Virus record (IMG/VR): IMGVR_UViG_3300049215_000481
Span: 78,857-142,856 of that record
DNA from: a virus
DNA length: 64,000 bases
Reading direction: 5' to 3' (one strand)
Shown piece by piece: positions 62,177 through 64,000 of this stretch (position 1 is its first letter; every line of letters starts with the position of its first letter). The position numbers and the translations under genes were made by a program. The notes under the pieces were generated by a model. That model was not told the origin of the DNA. It saw only the letters and a list, made by a program, of their open reading frames with translations, and made no database searches.

Positions 62177-62620
62177 ATGGAAACCAAGCACTGCAAAGGA
62201 TGTGACGACGACAAGCCGATTGAAGAGTTTCGCTTCCAGCCCAGCAAGGGTAGACGCCTCGCAAGGTGTACGGCCTGCAAGAGGGCGTACGACAACACAT
62301 GGCACAAGGACCACGCTGACCTGGATAGGAAGTTGACCCTGGCGAAGGAACGCAACCGAAAGACTGCGCAGGCGGTGGCCGAATACCTCCAGAGCCACCC
62401 CTGCGTCGACTGCGGTGAAGACGACATTGTGGTCCTGGACTTCGACCATCTGAGAGACAAGGACGACAACGTCGCGGGGTTGATTTCACGCCGGTGCTCG
62501 CTCCAGAGAATCATGCGTGAAATCGCGAAGTGCGTCGTGCGCTGCGCGAATTGCCACCGCAGGAAGACAGCCAACGAAGGAGGCTGGTTCAAGGTCACGT
62601 TTCAAAGTTCGGGCGAGTAG
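62177..62620 (+). CDS. HNH endonuclease within the tRNA cluster
   Basis: CKGC, CTAC, CVDCG..LDFDH..CVVRCANCH. Confidence 0.85.
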   Translation: METKHCKGCDDDKPIEEFRFQPSKGRRLARCTACKRAYDNTWHKDHADLDRKLTLAKERNRKTAQAVAEYLQSHPCVDCGEDDIVVLDFDHLRDKDDNVAGLISRRCSLQRIMREIAKCVVRCANCHRRKTANEGGWFKVTFQSSGE

Positions 62621-62698
62621 ACGTGTAGGGGGCACGGACTGGCTGTAAACCAGTTGTCCTTCGGGGCCCCGATGGCTCAACTCCATCCTCTCCCACCA
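62611..62698 (+). tRNA. tRNA-Tyr(GTA), degenerate D and T loops
   Basis: ACTGG-CTGTAAA-CCAGT, long variable arm, T-loop CTCAACT, encoded CCA; 5' end overlaps the HNH stop codon. Confidence 0.65.
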
Positions 62699-62699
62699 A

Positions 62700-62773
62700 T
62701 GCCTTGTCGTCTAGCGGCAGGACACCCGGCTCTGAACCGGGGAACGATCGTTCGAATCGATCCGAGGCAACCA
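62700..62773 (+). tRNA. tRNA-Gln(CTG)
   Basis: acceptor TGCCTTG/CGAGGCA, CCCGG-CTCTGAA-CCGGG, TTCGAAT, CCA. Confidence 0.92.
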
Positions 62774-62774
62774 T

Positions 62775-62847
62775 CTCTCCGTGGCGGAATTGGACACCGC
62801 ACGGCCCTGCGAAGGCCGAGGTCCAGGTTCGACTCCTGGCGGAGGGA
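62775..62847 (+). tRNA. tRNA-Arg(GCG)
   Basis: acceptor CTCTCCG/CGGAGGG, CGGCC-CTGCGAA-GGCCG, CCAGG-TTCGACT-CCTGG. Confidence 0.85.
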
Positions 62848-62851
62848 CTAC

Positions 62852-62926
62852 CCCCCAGTCGTCTAAAGGCAGGACCGCGGGCCTTGAAATCGCTTTGTGC
62901 TGGTTCGAGTCCAGCTCGCGGAACCA
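62852..62926 (+). tRNA. degenerate (pseudo) tRNA-Gln(TTG)
   Basis: Gln-type D arm and intact T arm plus CCA, but three acceptor mismatches and loop CCTTGAA (C33). Confidence 0.5.
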
Positions 62927-62974
62927 GCTACTAATACTGCTCAACGTGGGGGAAAGTCGCAATCTTCTAAGCAC

Positions 62975-63685
62975 ATGGAGCTTGCGGTAGGAACGAAGAG
63001 CGGGAAGTGGACACTGCAGTCGCGAATCGTCGGCACGAAGCGCGGGCAGGTGAGATGGCTGTGTGTCTGCGAATGCGGCACAATCAGGGGCGTTCAGCAG
63101 CGATACCTTTTGAGTGGTAGGTCGACGTCGTGTGGGGACTGCGGACTGCTCGGCAAAAGGTTCGGCGCCTTGACCGTTGATGTGAAGGCGCCGGGTGGGT
63201 GGCTGTGCGTGTGCGACTGCGGCGGGCGGAAGGTCGCCACGACTACGAACTTGACGTTCGGCCACACGACGTCGTGCGGATGCGCTCGCCGTCGTGGCTG
63301 GGCAGGACCCATCTCGGGCTCACAGTTCTACAAGATGAAGAGGAATGCGCAGACGCGCGGCATCGTCTTCGACGTCGACATCACCTACGTTGCGTTCCTG
63401 TGGGGCGTTCACGGTGGCCGCTGCTCCCTATCTGGAGTGCCGATCGCGCTTCCAGAACGCACCGGAGGCGCTCACACGGCATCTCTAGACAGGATCGACA
63501 GCTCCCTCGGTTACGTGCAAGGGAATCTGCAGTGGGTCCACAAGGATGTACAGCGCATGAAGATGGATTTAGAGCAGGACCGCTTCGTCGAGCTGTGCCG
63601 CCTGATCGCCACTTCTGCGCCCGCCCGCGATGATGCTCGTGGCGGCCTCGTCGTAGAACCGGTGGCCGCCCCAGCGGCGGCATAG
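62975..63685 (+). CDS. HNH-type endonuclease with N-terminal W.C.C.CG repeats
   Basis: two WLCVC(E/D)CG...SCG repeats; SLDRIDSSLGYVQGNLQWV. Confidence 0.75.
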   Translation: MELAVGTKSGKWTLQSRIVGTKRGQVRWLCVCECGTIRGVQQRYLLSGRSTSCGDCGLLGKRFGALTVDVKAPGGWLCVCDCGGRKVATTTNLTFGHTTSCGCARRRGWAGPISGSQFYKMKRNAQTRGIVFDVDITYVAFLWGVHGGRCSLSGVPIALPERTGGAHTASLDRIDSSLGYVQGNLQWVHKDVQRMKMDLEQDRFVELCRLIATSAPARDDARGGLVVEPVAAPAAA

Positions 63686-63808
63686 ATGTCCGGATAGCCA
63701 GGCCAGGAACAAGCCGTAGCACCGTCCGCAGAACGCGATGTCCCACTCCCGGTAGAGATGTCCGGTTGCGGGATGGTACGGCCCGCAGCACGCGAAGCAG
63801 CTCGGCAT
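63569..63808 (-). CDS. small Cys-rich protein
   Basis: 79 aa; motif A at 63818-63826 upstream. Confidence 0.55.
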   Translation of the reverse strand: MPSCFACCGPYHPATGHLYREWDIAFCGRCYGLFLAWLSGHLCRRWGGHRFYDEAATSIIAGGRRSGDQAAQLDEAVLL

Positions 63809-64000
63809 GCAGTCCTGATAGCGAATGCAGTCTAGGCCGCAATCTATGTAAGGCCACTTTCGCTATGTGATTCATTGGAAGGGCAGGTTGACATGACGCG
63901 AGCCAGGTCGTTGGTGCTGTTCGTGATGGTGCTTCTCTCCTCTCACGTGGCCTCGGCCCAGGACGCAGGGGTGCCCACACTTCCAGCGACCGTCATCGAG

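Noticed and set aside
1-64000. CRISPR array, integrase, transposase, rRNA, tmRNA
   Set aside because: No regularly spaced direct repeats or recognisable motifs seen by eye.

Overview
A 64 kb segment of a large, high-GC (about two-thirds G+C by eye) contractile-tailed dsDNA phage. No host genes, integrase or CRISPR array are visible. From 1 to 13 kb (minus strand) is a nucleotide-metabolism and replication block: class II RNR, SbcC-like ATPase, GroEL-like chaperonin, DnaB helicase and a replisome organiser. From 13 to 58 kb (mostly plus strand) are an SF2 helicase, a phage sigma factor, a GroES-like protein, an SbcD-like nuclease, terminase, portal, prohead protease, scaffold, major capsid, neck, tail sheath and tail tube genes. 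DNA ligase, dNMP kinase and small accessory genes are interleaved. From 58 to 64 kb are accessory genes, a holin-like cassette and a tRNA cluster. Eight free-standing HNH/EndoVII genes are scattered through the window. The main candidate system is a set of enzymes embedded in the head module as multidomain proteins whose domain boundaries carry a recurring L-x-K-(A/S/G/K) motif like the one near the capsid N-terminus. They are: a GGDEF diguanylate cyclase and an HhH-GPD-like domain fused to the prohead protease, a solo mCpol (minimal CRISPR polymerase), a NUDIX hydrolase, two HipA/PI4K-like kinases and a DUF3293-HExxH protein. I infer a virion-packaged, protease-released toolkit for manipulating host nucleotide signalling and defence. 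Two recurrent upstream motifs (ATTCGCTAT and GCCGCAATCTT) look like phage promoter classes driving mostly leaderless mRNAs. All protein calls come from motif recognition by eye, with no database searches.
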